The notes beneath the pieces were generated by a model. It was given only the letters and a program-made list of their open reading frames with translations, ran no database searches and was not told the DNA's origin. A stretch of 63,028 nt of DNA, counting the filler, from Octopus bimaculoides (lineage: Eukaryota): assembly GCF_001194135.2 (NCBI RefSeq). It is 3 parts of 3 records of this genome, joined end to end, with 100 filler letters (N's around TTAATTAATTAA, not from the genome) between each part and the next. Parts side by side here need not be neighbours in the genome. Positions count along the whole stretch, not along the records: positions 18,147 to 42,348 come from NC_068989.1; positions 42,449 to 63,028 come from NC_068983.1; 1 more part is not named here. One strand, 5' to 3'. The translations under genes and the position numbers were made by a program. Numbering within the stretch: the first letter of the stretch is position 1; each line of letters opens with the position of its first letter. Shown here piece after piece: positions 38,016 through 50,194 of the stretch.

Positions 38016-38884
38016 AAGACAAGAAAAATAATTACTTTAAAACTAAATTCAATCAAGATGTGAAACGTGATGAAGTTATCAAATAGCAGACATCTTTTCC
38101 ACGAAATATTTTTATTAGTGGTCATAGATATATCGTAAACAATGCATCAATTATCTGTAAGAGATCTTGTATAAAGGTTATTTTCGACGAAATGAATCTA
38201 ACAGTGAAAACATGTGATACAAAACAAAATGCAAAAATAAATTGAAAGATTAAATAATACAAAGAAACGTGACTCATGCAGAACCATTAGGATTTACAGA
38301 CACAGGATAAAGAAATGGAACTAACCAAGGTGTTATAAAGTGCTTAAGTACTTAAGATACCTTTAAAAAAATCTATTAAACATTGATTTATTGTTTTAAG
38401 GGAAAACGGAACACGAAAAAATATCAACAAAAGTTTCATAAGCTTTTAAATGAAAACAACCCTAGATTAAAGCGAAATATACTTTCTACATTTAAAGCAA
38501 ATACAATAAACAATTTACAGTAAAATATGTGGACACTTGTACTTGATACGATATATATAGAATAAATAAGAGAAAGTGAATGAGACAGATATCATATTTC
38601 ACATTAACATAGTACAATATCGAGTTTCATAAACTTATTTATCTGTATGTATTAAAGTCTATATGCGGTAAGTTTGTTTAACAGTTCTAATAATTGTTTA
38701 AAAAAAATGATAGTCAGGAAAGAATTAGAATGGTGCAGAAGGCGTAAGAAACACTCGTTAACTTTATTATGTTACCGGTGGTTGTGACATTGATGACCAT
38801 TAATTACAGTTAGGGGAACACCTTTGTAGACAGCTAACAGATTTTTTATCAAGCGACACATTAAAGAGACGTTAATACGGAACA

Positions 38885-39960
38885 GTGGAGGTGCAATGGC
38901 CCAGTGGTTAGGTCAGCGGACTCGCGGTCATAAGATCGCGGATCTTTTTTAAAACGGGGGCCACATTTTTCAATAACGAAACACTTTGAAACTTGGAACA
39001 CTGGTAGAATGTGTCATATAAAACATCTTTTTCTCTTAGTCTTCTTTAAAAATAAAGAAATCCCTAAGTTATTCCATGTTAAAGTTGTCGTATTTCTGTA
39101 ATTTCAACCAATCACTGACGTCCATTCAGCCGATATACATTAAGTGCCGACTAAATAAACAAAAGATTCTGAAACAATTCTATCGGTGATAGGGTTAGGG
39201 CTAGGGTTAGGGTAAAACAGCAAATTTAAAAAGAAAAAAGCAAATAAAACGAAGAAAAAAAAAGAAAATGAAAAAAGCAAATAANNNNNNNNNNNNNNNN
39301 NNNNNNNNNNNNNNNNNNNNNNNNNNNNNNNNNNNNNNNNNNNNNNNNNNNNNNNNNNNNNNNNNNNNNNNNNNNNNNNNNNNNNNNNNNNNNNNNNNNN
39401 NNNNNNNNNNNNNNNNNNNNNNNNNNNNNNNNNNNNNNNNNNNNNNNNNNNNNNNNNNNNNNNNNNNNNNNNNNNNNNNNNNNNNNNNNNNNNNNNNNNN
39501 NNNNNNNNNNNNNNNNNNNNNNNNNNNNNNNNNNNNNNNNNNNNNNNNNNNNNNNNNNNNNNNNNNNNNNNNNNNNNNNNNNNNNNNNNNNNNNNNNNNN
39601 NNNNNNNNNNNNNNNNNNNNNNNNNNNNNNNNNNNNNNNNNNNNNNNNNNNNNNNNNNNNNNNNNNNNNNNNNNNNATTGAGCGAAAACACCTAAAACTC
39701 CACGAGGCTCCGGCAGGGGATGGTGGCGAACCCTGCTGTACTCTTTCACCACAACTTTCTCTCACTCTTACTTCCTGTTTCTGTTGTGCCTGTAATTCAA
39801 AGGGTCAGCCTTGTCATACTGTGTCACGCTGAATATCCCCGAGAACTACGTTAAGGGTACACGTGTCTGCTCAGCACGTTAATTTCACGAGCAAGCTGTT
39901 CCGTTGATTGGATCAACTGGAACCCTCGACGTCGTAAGCGACGGAGTGCCAACAACAATA
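38885..39960 (+). mobile_element. SINE family A, apparently interrupted (head 38885-38940, body 39678-39960)
   Basis: The head ends at GATCGCG and the body resumes after the N gap at ATTGAGCGAAAACACC. Confidence 0.8.
38940..39284 (+). mobile_element. Unclassified non-autonomous element with TTAGGG-like repeats (right end in gap)
   Basis: Starts GGATCT..TTTTAAAACGGGGG, has AATCACTGACGTCCATTCAG at 39110 and TAGGG units at 39190-39213. Homologous to 59801-60177. Confidence 0.6.
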
Positions 39961-39984
39961 CGGAACAAACAAACAAGCCTGTAT

Positions 39985-40200
39985 GCAGGTGAGCTGGCAG
40001 AATCGTTAGCACGCCGGGCAAAATACATAGTGGCAATTCGTCTGTCTTTATGTTCTGAGTTCAAATTTCGCCGGTCTCAACTTTGCCCTCCATCTCTTCA
40101 GCATCGATGAAATAAGTACCAGTTGGATACTAGGGTTGATGTAGTCGACTATCCCCTCCCCGAAATTTCAGGCCTTGTGCCTATGGTAGTAAGGATTATA
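39985..40200 (+). mobile_element. SINE family D
   Basis: GAGCTGGCAGAATCGTTAGCACGCCGGGC head and AAATTTCAGGCCTTGTGCCTATGGTAG tail. Confidence 0.8.
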
Positions 40201-41589
40201 TGGTTCTGCATGTCCGTGGTACTGCCTAAAATTCTATATACCTACACAAAATGATAAATCGATGACAAATTACACACTGAAATGGAAGATATCAATAAGA
40301 AAGTGAAATTTGTCAAAAATGACAACAATTCTTAGGTAGAGGAGGTGAGATTGAATTATTTTCTAAACCTTCTCCAGTCCTTTAGTACAATTCCGGACAT
40401 TTTTCGTCTAAATATATCTAGCCAATACAATACGATAGGAAATCTGTGAGTTTAGACCCTGAAATATCACAGCAGAAAGTATTACTGCAATGGTTTCTAG
40501 TATATGAGGCTGTTTCATGGGATGGTGAACTTCCTCTCCCGTTAACACTTGGTAGCTGTCCTTGTCTTCTTTAATATCTGCTTTCCTTAAGTTCTATAAT
40601 ACACAATGGAAATTTCTTACTTAGAGTCATTCAAGATTTAACTCTACTGCTACATTATACAGAAGATTTCGATGATTTGAGTGGTAGCTTTTCGTGCCTT
40701 TCATTCAGCTGCTAAAGTAAATATTGAACTCTTGAGATTATACAAGTTGATGTTTGCGTCAGCTCTTGTCCTCGTGTATTTTCCCTAAGACCGTCCTCAA
40801 ATATAACACGCGAATTTCGCCAAATATCTAAGTTGGTGTAGTATATTGTAAGCTATCTTGAGACATTGGTTGGAACATGAAGGTAACAACAGGTGGATAA
40901 AATACGCTGCTTAATTTCCGATATCATTACTGATAAATTGATTACCGTATGAGTATGCAGTTGCTTTGGTCAATATTCAAAACATTTTCACATCTGCAGA
41001 AAACCTGAAGACACGTTTCAGATATTTAAACATTGTACATCATTCGAGAAAAATTTGCCATTAAATGTATGCTTGTTAAACCAGAATTTCTTGGAATCAT
41101 AATTTTGCACTGGTAGCAGATGCAATATGTCTTTAGATTATTAATTTTCCTTGGAGCCCTGATGAAACATATAATGTTGAAAAATGCGTTTGATTATTAT
41201 TGTCACAGAGCTCACTGTGTGGTGTTTATTAGAGAGTAGCGTAAAAGCGAATACGAAAGACGAAGACTTATATAAGAAACACTAAGACTGGAAGACGGAA
41301 TGAATTCGATTATTTGTTGAAATTAGAAGCTAGTTTGCTCGCAGAGAAAATAGATGTTTAGAAAGAAAGAGTGTAATTCTTAGAGAGGTGTATGAAAGCA
41401 GTATGAAATGCAGCTCACTTTCAACCTTTATTTTCGTTATTCTCTCACAATCTCATCCCTTACTCTGTACATGTCTTGATGTGGAATGTAAAAGTGTATC
41501 ATTGCATAACAAGGGATAGAAAGATTAGTTTCTTATTTTCCTCCATAATTACATCATTCACTAAGCTTAATGCATACAAAGGATTTACG

Positions 41590-42180
41590 GATCTTTGGTA
41601 GGCGTGAAATGTACCTAGCATATCCAGAATATACACCTCATAACGATGGGAAGATCTTCGAACACTTCCTTGACTTTGGCCACCAGCTCGGTCTTGCTGT
41701 TGCAGGCAAAGCAGATGGTGTCTTTCTCAACCAAGCCCTGCACACATATAGTTATCCATAGACCACTTCTGACACTTTCCTGCATATAGCAAGGAGAGAA
41801 ATCCTGCTGCCACACATATGGTCTTACAGCAGTAACTCTCTCCAACCAAGGATTGATCGCAGTCTTCCAGTTGCTTCACAAAGCTTGTTTGAATTAAGCG
41901 TAAGATCTTATTCATCAGTAGCTGGGTGAATTCATAACGACTACTGTACCCTTTTTCTGCTGGCCACGAATTCATTCCGTCTTCCTGTCTTAGTGTTTCT
42001 AATAAAGTCTTAGTATTCGTAGTCTCGGTTGCAGCTGTTCAAGTCACATCTTACAGCTTTTACAGTCCTCACAGAGAAATGAGCAGCAGTCACTATGTCG
42101 GTATTTTGATACCCAGCATGAACCATCATTGATGTAGCCAGCTCTTTTCCAATGGCGTCCTTTCCTCCATGTCGGCTAAC
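41590..42180 (-). mobile_element. Tc1/mariner maT-like (DD37D-type) transposase remnant, internally deleted
   Basis: ERVTAVRPYVWQQDFSPC...LVEKDT..ACNSKTELVAKVKEVFEDLP matches maT/Bmmar1-like YVWQQDSAPCH...VWGAVEKDTN...LVAKIKEVF. Eroded N-terminus MEERTPLEKSW near 42170. Confidence 0.75.
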
Positions 42181-42307
42181 TTTTTCTCAACTATAACTTT
42201 AATTTAACTTTTGTGCTCTCTAACATTATTGTTTGTTCTCCAATACATCAAGCTTTTCCAGATAAAAGAAGACAAAAAAATCATCCACTTTAGCCCGAAC
42301 AGCTAAC

Positions 42308-42348
<41 letters not shown>

Positions 42349-42448
42349 NNNNNNNNNNNNNNNNNNNNNNNNNNNNNNNNNNNNNNNNNNNNTTAATTAA
42401 TTAANNNNNNNNNNNNNNNNNNNNNNNNNNNNNNNNNNNNNNNNNNNN

Positions 42449-42487
<39 letters not shown>

Positions 42488-43089
42488 GTGTATACATGTT
42501 TTTATATGGCTCAAGAAGTACAAACTCTACTCTCTATTCTTTCCAACGACTCCGTGAGTGCTATATTATTTGTATAATGTGTAAAACATTCCATCAACGT
42601 TGCCCAAATGATGTTACATCAGCTTTAAAGTTCACCCTATGCTTGGTCTCCGCCCCCTCCGCCCTCTACAAAAATCATGTTCACGTTACATTACAAGACT
42701 TAAAGGACAGAACTATTTCACCTCGCCTGGCCCTACTCCCCTTAACATTACGTCCTAACGTCATATCAAGAAAAAGACCTCATAACATTCAAACGGTTAC
42801 TAGACGAATTCATCCAGCAAATTCTATATAAAACACTTACACCCAGATATATCTCTGTAAATCATAACTCTTTACTCGAATGGGCCATGATACTCAAAGT
42901 ATGATTGTAGCATGAAACGTAATAAAATGCTTTTTTCCAGTTGGAGCAATTAAGTTAGTCATAGCCTGGGCTACTTCTGGCCAACACCTATCTAAGCATT
43001 TAAGTATCTAAGTATACATATATAATATACAGATTGGTTGGAGTTATTTGACTTACGGCAACTTCCCATAAGTCTCTACTACAAAGTAT

Positions 43090-44882
43090 AAATGGTTGTC
43101 CCGTTAAAAATAAATCGTCTGAGGAATTGAAGAGAAAATTGAAAAAGATGTTTCCTCAAATACTATCGGAGGACTTAGGTCTGTGTAAAAAGACTGAAGC
43201 TGGCTTTCAAGTGAGTGAAAACGCTGTGCTTGTACTTAAATCTTGCAGAAAAGTACCGTTCGCGGCCATTGAAATCGTGAATGAAGAGTTGGACATACTG
43301 GAAAAGAGTGGAATCATCAAAAAGGTGGATTACTCTAAGTGGGCGGCGCCAACGGTGTGCATTAAAAAGAAAAATAATAAGATTAGGCTGTGTGCCGATT
43401 TCTCTACAGGATTGAACGACTGATTAAAGACATACCACCATCCACTCTCGACTCCAGAGGGCATTTTTGCAAAATTAAATGGTGGAAAAATTTTCTCCAA
43501 ATCGGATCTGTCTGACACTTACTTAAAAATTAAAATAAATGACAAATACTCAAAGTATCTCACAATAAATACACATAAAAGATTGTACAGATATACTCGG
43601 TTACCTTTTGGATTAAAGGTTGCACCGGCAATATTTCAGCAAATGATGGACGCTATGTTATCTGATTGTGAATTTGCGATCCCTTATTTGGACGATATAT
43701 TGATTAAGAGTAATTCGCATGAACCGCATGTGGAGCATATAAAAGCTGTATTCAAGAAAATTAAAGAGTACGGGTTCACTTTGAGTGAAGGAAATGCGAA
43801 TTCTTTTTGCTTTAAATTAGGTACTTAGGGTAAATAATTGATAAAAATGGTAGACGGCCTGACCCGTTGAGGGCAGACGCAATAAAGAATATGCCTGCTC
43901 CGACAAGTGTACCAACATTACAAGCATTTCTTGGGCTGGCAAACTACTACCAAAACTACATTCTTAACATGCACAAATTAAGAGCTCCATTGAATGACTT
44001 ATTAGAAAAAGAAGTGAAGTGGAATTGGTCGGTTAAATGCCAAAACGCGTTTGAAGAAATAAAAAAATAAATATTCTAATTGCAGATTTGTCGCTAGCTC
44101 ATTTCGATCATCCTGAAATGGACATTGTTGTAGTGTCTGATGCCAGGAGTACGGAATATGAACAGTTTTGCTACACAAGTAGCAAAACTGATAGCGGCAG
44201 AGAAAAAATACAGTCAGATAGAAAAAAAAGCCCTATCTATTATCTTTGCGGTGAAAAAATTTCACAGGTTTCTACATTGTATATGTTTTCTGTTACAAAC
44301 ATATCATCGACCATTGCTATCAATTTATGGGTCAAAGAAAGAGTTACCTACCCATTCAGTGAACCGACTACAACGTTGGGGTGTAATATTACTAAATTAC
44401 AATTTCAAAATGCAATATATTCCATTAAAAAAATTGGTCATGGATTGTCTTCGAGACTAATTCTCAAAAATATGGAACCACAAGAAGATACCGCGATAGT
44501 CGCACTGCAAGCAGAAAATGAAACAAAAAGTATTATGACTAATGTGACTGCACAGGATATAAAAATGAAATTTGAAGGCGATGAGTATATTACAAAAATG
44601 AAAGAAGCTTTAAAAGTAAGCAGAATAAAAATACAAATTCGAGTAGTTTCTCAATATGCGACGACACTGATGTATGCGCAAAGAGTTGTAGTACCGACTA
44701 CATTACAAAAATGTTTTTTGCAGCAATTCCGCAAAGGACATCTGGGAATGCCGAGGATGAAAGTTCTGATGAGGAGCTACGTCTATTGGCCGACTATGGA
44801 CCGCGATATCTAAAATTTGGTGAGAACTTGTCGAGATTGCGCGCTCGCGGCCAAAGCCCCGCCGGTAAAATATCAATCACGG
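43090..44882 (+). mobile_element. Gypsy/Ty3 LTR retrotransposon pol pseudogene (RT-RNaseH-integrase start), Mag-like
   Basis: RT: SKWAAPTVCIKKKNNKIRLCADFSTGLN, YTRLPFGLKVAPAIFQ, PYLDDILI. RNase H: YSQIEKKALSIIFAVKKFH. Integrase Zn motif: HLGMPRMKVLMRSYVYWP...CRDC. Several frameshifts and stops; no LTR or gag recognised. Confidence 0.92.
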
Positions 44883-45150
44883 CTAACACGCTTTCAGTAT
44901 GGCTACTACGTAGAAAAAGCAAGCCTTCCTCTCTCTGTTAACGGAAAGAGGCGGCACAATCTCGATGATAGACTCAGCCGATAGCTGTACTCTTCCCATT
45001 GATGATAACAAATGTGTGCAAGACGGTTTCCCTGTCCTGCCCGCACCTCGGACATGTCGGCGAGACAGCACTTCCATGCCTTGACAGTTTATAACGAACA
45101 GGTAACGCAGCACGGAAGCACTGCCAAGTCAGGGATTTTAGAGATGATGC
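44883..45150 (-). mobile_element. L1/Tx1-like LINE ORF2 C-terminal fragment
   Basis: KSLTWQCFRAALPVRYKLSRHGSAVSPTCPRCGQDRETVLH (zf-RVT-like), then the SSMGRVQLSAESII block shared with 25430-25560. Confidence 0.8.
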
Positions 45151-45518
45151 CAAGTTATATATATATATATATATATATATNNNNNNNNNNNNNNNNNNNN
45201 NNNNNNNNNNNNNNNNNNNNNNNNNNNNNNNNNNNNNNNNNNNNNNNNNNNNNNNNNNNNNNNNNNNNNNNNNNNNNNNNNNNNNNNNNNNNNNNNNNNN
45301 NNNNNNNNNNNNNNNNNNNNNNNNNNNNNNNNNNNNNNNNNNNNNNNNNNNNNNNNNNNNNNNNNNNNNNNNNNNNNNNNNNNNNNNNNNNNNNNNNNNN
45401 NNNNNNNNNNNNNNNNNNNNNNNNNNNNNNNNNNNNNNNNNNNNNNNNNNNNNNNNNNNNNNNNNNNNNNNNNNNNNNNNNNNNNNNNNNNNNNNNNNNN
45501 NNNNNNNNNNNNNNNNNN

Positions 45519-45639
45519 AAGAAATCCAGTTTTCTTTAAAGACATTAACGTCCACACCATGCAGGTCTCTCAGGCATTTTGGAAGGATATTGAAGAGCTG
45601 TGGGCCCTTGAATCCCACGCTGTTGCAGTATCTGGTCTT

Positions 45640-45640
<1 letters not shown>
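45519..45640 (-). mobile_element. CR1-like LINE 3' end fragment
   Basis: KTRYCNSVGFKGPQLFNILPKCLRDL is homologous to KTRYCTSLIFRGPQLFNFLPKEIRNI at ~57870-57945. Confidence 0.75.
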
Positions 45641-45692
<52 letters not shown>

Positions 45693-45792
45693 TGTATGTG
45701 TGTGTGTATGTATGTATGTATGTATGTATGTATGTATGTATGTATGTGTAAGTGCATGTGTGTAAATCAGTGTGGCATACATCGGTGAATAC

Positions 45793-46035
45793 AAGGGTGG
45801 CGAGCTGGCAGAAACGTTAGCACACCGGACGAAATGCTTAGCAGTATTTCGTCTGCCGTTACGTTCTGAGTTCAAATTCCGCCGAGGTCGACTTTGCCTT
45901 TCATCCTTTCGTGGTCGATTAAGTAAGTGCCAGTTACGCACTGGGGTCGATGTAATCGACTTAATTAATCCCTTTGCCTGTCCTTGTTTGTCCCCTCTAT
46001 GTTTAGCCCCTTGTGGGCAATAAAGAAATAAAAGA
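45793..46035 (+). mobile_element. SINE family D variant carrying a Tx1-like LINE 3' tail
   Basis: Canonical D head and body, then tail TTTGCCTGTCCTTGTTTGTCCCCTCTATGT...GGCAATAAAGAAATAA matching 25939-26000. Confidence 0.85.
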
Positions 46036-46536
46036 ATAATCTTATTTGGATTTACTTACTGAAACCTTGACAGCAATAGAGCAAACATTAAGGGATAAAA
46101 CTTAATTAGATACGTCATGGAGAGTTTTATTCATATTTGCCGTCATACGTATTTCTAGAGAGTTGTCTAGCGGGTTGAATAACGAAACATGTTAAGGGTA
46201 TTTACTTTATCGTAGTTTCTATGGGCGATTTGTTTTTCAGTAGTCCATTTACTGATTGCCAAACGGGCGGATTTAAAACTATTTATAGTCATCTTACTGA
46301 GATATTTTGAAAATGTAAGTAAATAGTATTTATTTGTTTGGTTAAATTTTTCATAACAGAATCTAGAATAAAAGAAAGAAATAGATTATATTTTCGCTAT
46401 ATTTTCACATGCGAGAATTAATTTTAGATTCACTCCTGTCTGTGTTTGTCATTAGATATTGACCTTTAAAGTTTCAAATGCAATATTAAACAAAGTCACG
46501 CGGGTTCTTTTTTTTACCTTTCCACAACAGTGGAAC

Positions 46537-46614
<78 letters not shown>

Positions 46615-46900
46615 TATTGTTAAATTTAGATTCTATGGAAAAATCACGTAAACCAGTAGTCCCCAGCGACCAGCGAGCAGGTCAGTTCTGGGCCGCAGAG
46701 AGAGAATACATTTTAGAATTTAATTTCTGTTTTATTGACTAACGCAGGTTGCAGGGTGTTTTTGCATTACACACATACACACACTCACACACACACACAC
46801 ACACACTCACACATACACACACACACACACAGGTATGTATGTATGTATGGAATACATTTTTGTTGATCTTACCATCACGGAACAGTACATTATCTATCTA

Positions 46901-46919
46901 TCTATATATAAAGATGAGA

Positions 46920-46951
<32 letters not shown>

Positions 46952-47451
46952 CTGTCTGTCTGTCTGTTTACGTGAATCCCTAAAGCTTGAGAACTACACA
47001 ACCAGTTTCATTCCAATTTTACGCATGTAGTGTCATAGGCCAATTTTTTTTTTAACTTCTTGCCTAGTGCGAGCCCAGAGCAATATCATATCTCCTCCAC
47101 TATTTCAGTATTACGTGTCAAAAGTGAAACAATAACATCTCTCTATTGTAATGTCAGATATTTTCACTTTAATAGTTTCACTTTAATACTGAAACTATTA
47201 AAGTGACACTATTATTTATATATATAAAGATGAGAATGTGTGTCAGTCTGTCTGTCTGTCTGTCTGTGTGAATCCCTAAAACTTGAGAACTACACAACCA
47301 ATTTCATTCAAATTTTGCACATGCCTTACTTAGGGTCCATGTAGTGTCATAGGTCAATTTTTTTAAACTTCTTGCCTAGTGCGAGCCCAGAGCAATATCA
47401 TATCTTCTCCACTATTTCAGTATTACGTGTCAAAAGTGAAACAATAACATC
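46901..47451 (+). mobile_element. Two tandem copies of a non-autonomous Helitron-like 5' segment (46901-47139 and 47217-47451)
   Basis: Each starts T(C/A)TATATATAAAGATGAGAAT plus TG/GTCT microsatellite, and the copies share long near-identical blocks. The Helitron class is inferred from the terminal pattern. Confidence 0.6.
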
Positions 47452-48181
47452 AAAGTGAAATAATAAGAATCTCATCAGGGAAATATTTGAACAGACTGAA
47501 TTAAATATAGAATTTTTCTGAATAAATTGTTTGAATAACATGTATTTTTCCTAATAGTGAAAGAATAAAAGGCGATATTTCCTATTTCACCATAAATTCT
47601 TAGCATATTATTTATTTTTTATTTTTTAACTAATGCGCAGAAANNNNNNNNNNNNNNNNNNNNNNNNNNNNNNNNNNNNNNNNNNNNNNNNNNNNNNNNN
47701 NNNNNNNNNNNNNNNNNNNNNNNNNNNNNNNNNNNNNNNNNNNNNNNNNNNNNNNNNNNNNNNNNNNNNNNNNNNNNNNNNNNNNNNNNNNNNNNNNNNN
47801 NNNNNNNNNNNNNNNNNNNNNNNNNNNNNNNNNNNNNNNNNNNNNNNNNNNNNNNNNNNNNNNNNNNNNNNNNNNNNNNNNNNNNNNNNNNNNNNNNNNN
47901 NNNNNNNNNNNNNNNNNNNNNNNNNNNNNNNNNNNNNNNNNNNNNNNNNNNNNNNNNNNNNNNNNNNNNNNNNNNNNNNNNNNNNNNNNNNNNNNNNNNN
48001 NNNNNNNNNNNNNNNNNNNNNNNNNNNNNNNNNNNNNNNNNNNNNNNNNNNNNNNNNNNNNNNNNNNNNNNNNNNNNNNNNNNNNNNNNNNNNNNNNNNN
48101 NNNNNNNNNNNNNNNNNNNNNNNNNNNNNNNNNNNNNNNNNNNNNNNNNNNNNNNNNNNNNNNNNNNNNNNNNNNNNNNNN

Positions 48182-48229
<48 letters not shown>

Positions 48230-48230
<1 letters not shown>

Positions 48231-49090
48231 ATAATCTTAAAATTAAAAAAACCCACAAATCTTATTATTATAGCTACCCAGAGTTTCCTAGTCGAAATAA
48301 TAATTCATTCCACCATTTATCAAACTGAAAACAAGACCGTTTGTCAATTGTCCTTTGAGCAGACGACGTTTAAACAAGAGACTCTTGTAAAGAAGACAAA
48401 AAGAAAAACACAAGGAAGATAACCAACGTTACAATAATTCAATGTCAAGCAGATGTAAACCAGATGTCAATCGTTTACTAAGTGTCCGATGGTCTACTTT
48501 TAAATTCCGCGAAGATGTATTTCCTGAAATGTGGACATACAAAAAAATCTCGTTCCTTGAATTTAGGTATTTGTTGGAGGCTCTCCATTGTTCATGGAGC
48601 AGAGGCTTCAGCAAACTACGACAATGGTCGTTCAGATATGAAATGTTACATTGGAGCCGTGGAGAGAAAATTTAAATCAAGGTATAACAACCATCTTTCG
48701 AATTTTAGGTACCGTGATAAGAGACATTTAACAATCATTTCGGCTTTAATCTAGAAGGGACACATTTCGACATCAAATGGAAAATCTTCTCTAAATCCAA
48801 GCCCTATATTAACGGGTCTAAAAGAATGCTCAGTGTGTCCCATTGAAAAACTGTATCTATAAAAAACTTGTAATTTCCCTGGGTAGCTGAATTTACAAGA
48901 TTTCTGGTTTTTTAAATTTTATTTTAAGATTGTCTTTACTCTCTAAGCTGATAGAATGCATTTCTACTTGAAGCATTATTACAATATATATGTGTATGTA
49001 TTATATGATTAAATTATATATTGAGCACTTTATTGTGTTTCGTTATGCATATGATCCTCGGTTTCTTGCATGAAACCGGTCTATAGTTAA
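48230..49090 (+). mobile_element. Penelope-like element 3' remnant with GIY-YIG endonuclease
   Basis: KCYIGAVERKFKSRYNNHLSNFRYRDKRHLT and FDIKWKIFSKSKPYINGSKR match PLE GIY-YIG motifs. A PLE-type tail GATCCTC...GCATGAAACCGGTC lies at ~49055-49081. The 5' boundary is uncertain. Confidence 0.75.
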
Positions 49091-49988
49091 AAAATGGTTG
49101 AATGACGTAAACCATATTGTTAAGAGAAATATGTATATTAGCCAGTGAATTGTGAAACAGTTTTTTCTCTTGGTGTGAGAATGAAAACCGGACAAATATT
49201 TAAATTCATTAAGTTCATTAACTAAAGTTAGACATTCAGTATTCTACTACAAATAATTGAAATGCTTAACAACTTTCATGTTAATCCAGTAGATTTCTGT
49301 TGTAAATCGTTTACATTTATGAATTTCTTATTCAACCTCTTAACATGTTATCTCGTATATTTTCGTTCAGAGATGTCTAGTAAATATATATTTGAACGAA
49401 AATATATATTCACTGTACTCTGAAGCATCTATCACTTATTTCTAACCCGAAATACTTCCTTCATGATGTTATTCCCGTTTTCTACCATTAACTATCATTT
49501 CTATCAGTAACTTCACAATAATTCTTAACAGATTTAAAATAATTTGTGTACTCATTGTTATATATAGATTCAAAATAAATAATAATTAAAAAAAAAAAAT
49601 TTGCATGGAAATTTTTCAAAAGTGTGTACGTTAAGAGGTTAATTACAACGAAGTTTATTTATAAGTGTATTAGTGAGTACTTCTTATGTATGAATTTGTC
49701 TGTGACACATGATTTCAGATAAATATAGAAGGGAAAAAATGTGATTGTGTAAACGTTCAGGCATTTCAAAAGAGCATGTGTTTATTTTGAATTGTTACAA
49801 AGGTTTGGTATTTTAGGAAGTGTATTTGCAGTAATGAATTTGTTAAACAACATAATGCTCGTCGTGTCCCTTCCTTTCAGTAGTATTTCATAACTATAAG
49901 AAATGGCAGACGAACACTTTGACCTTGGGGTATTACAAACTGGAAATGTTATAAATAGAGCTAAAAAGTGTAAAAACCGTTGACCCAT

Positions 49989-50032
<44 letters not shown>

Positions 50033-50042
50033 NNNNNNNNNN

Positions 50043-50083
<41 letters not shown>

Positions 50084-50194
50084 CACAAAACATGTGTGTA
50101 ATATATATGCGTGTACTATTACACATACATAGATATATATACTAATACATGTACATCCGCGTTCGCTATTATTTCGAAGATTGTGTTAGTTTCT

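Noticed and set aside
41020-41090. Possible small exon KPEDTFQIFKHCTSFEKNLPLN between CTGCAG and GTATGC
   Set aside because: It is short, has no recognisable homology, and such signals are expected by chance in 63 kb.
43127-44813. Functional or domesticated Gypsy-derived gene
   Set aside because: Multiple stops and frameshifts split RT, RNase H and integrase.
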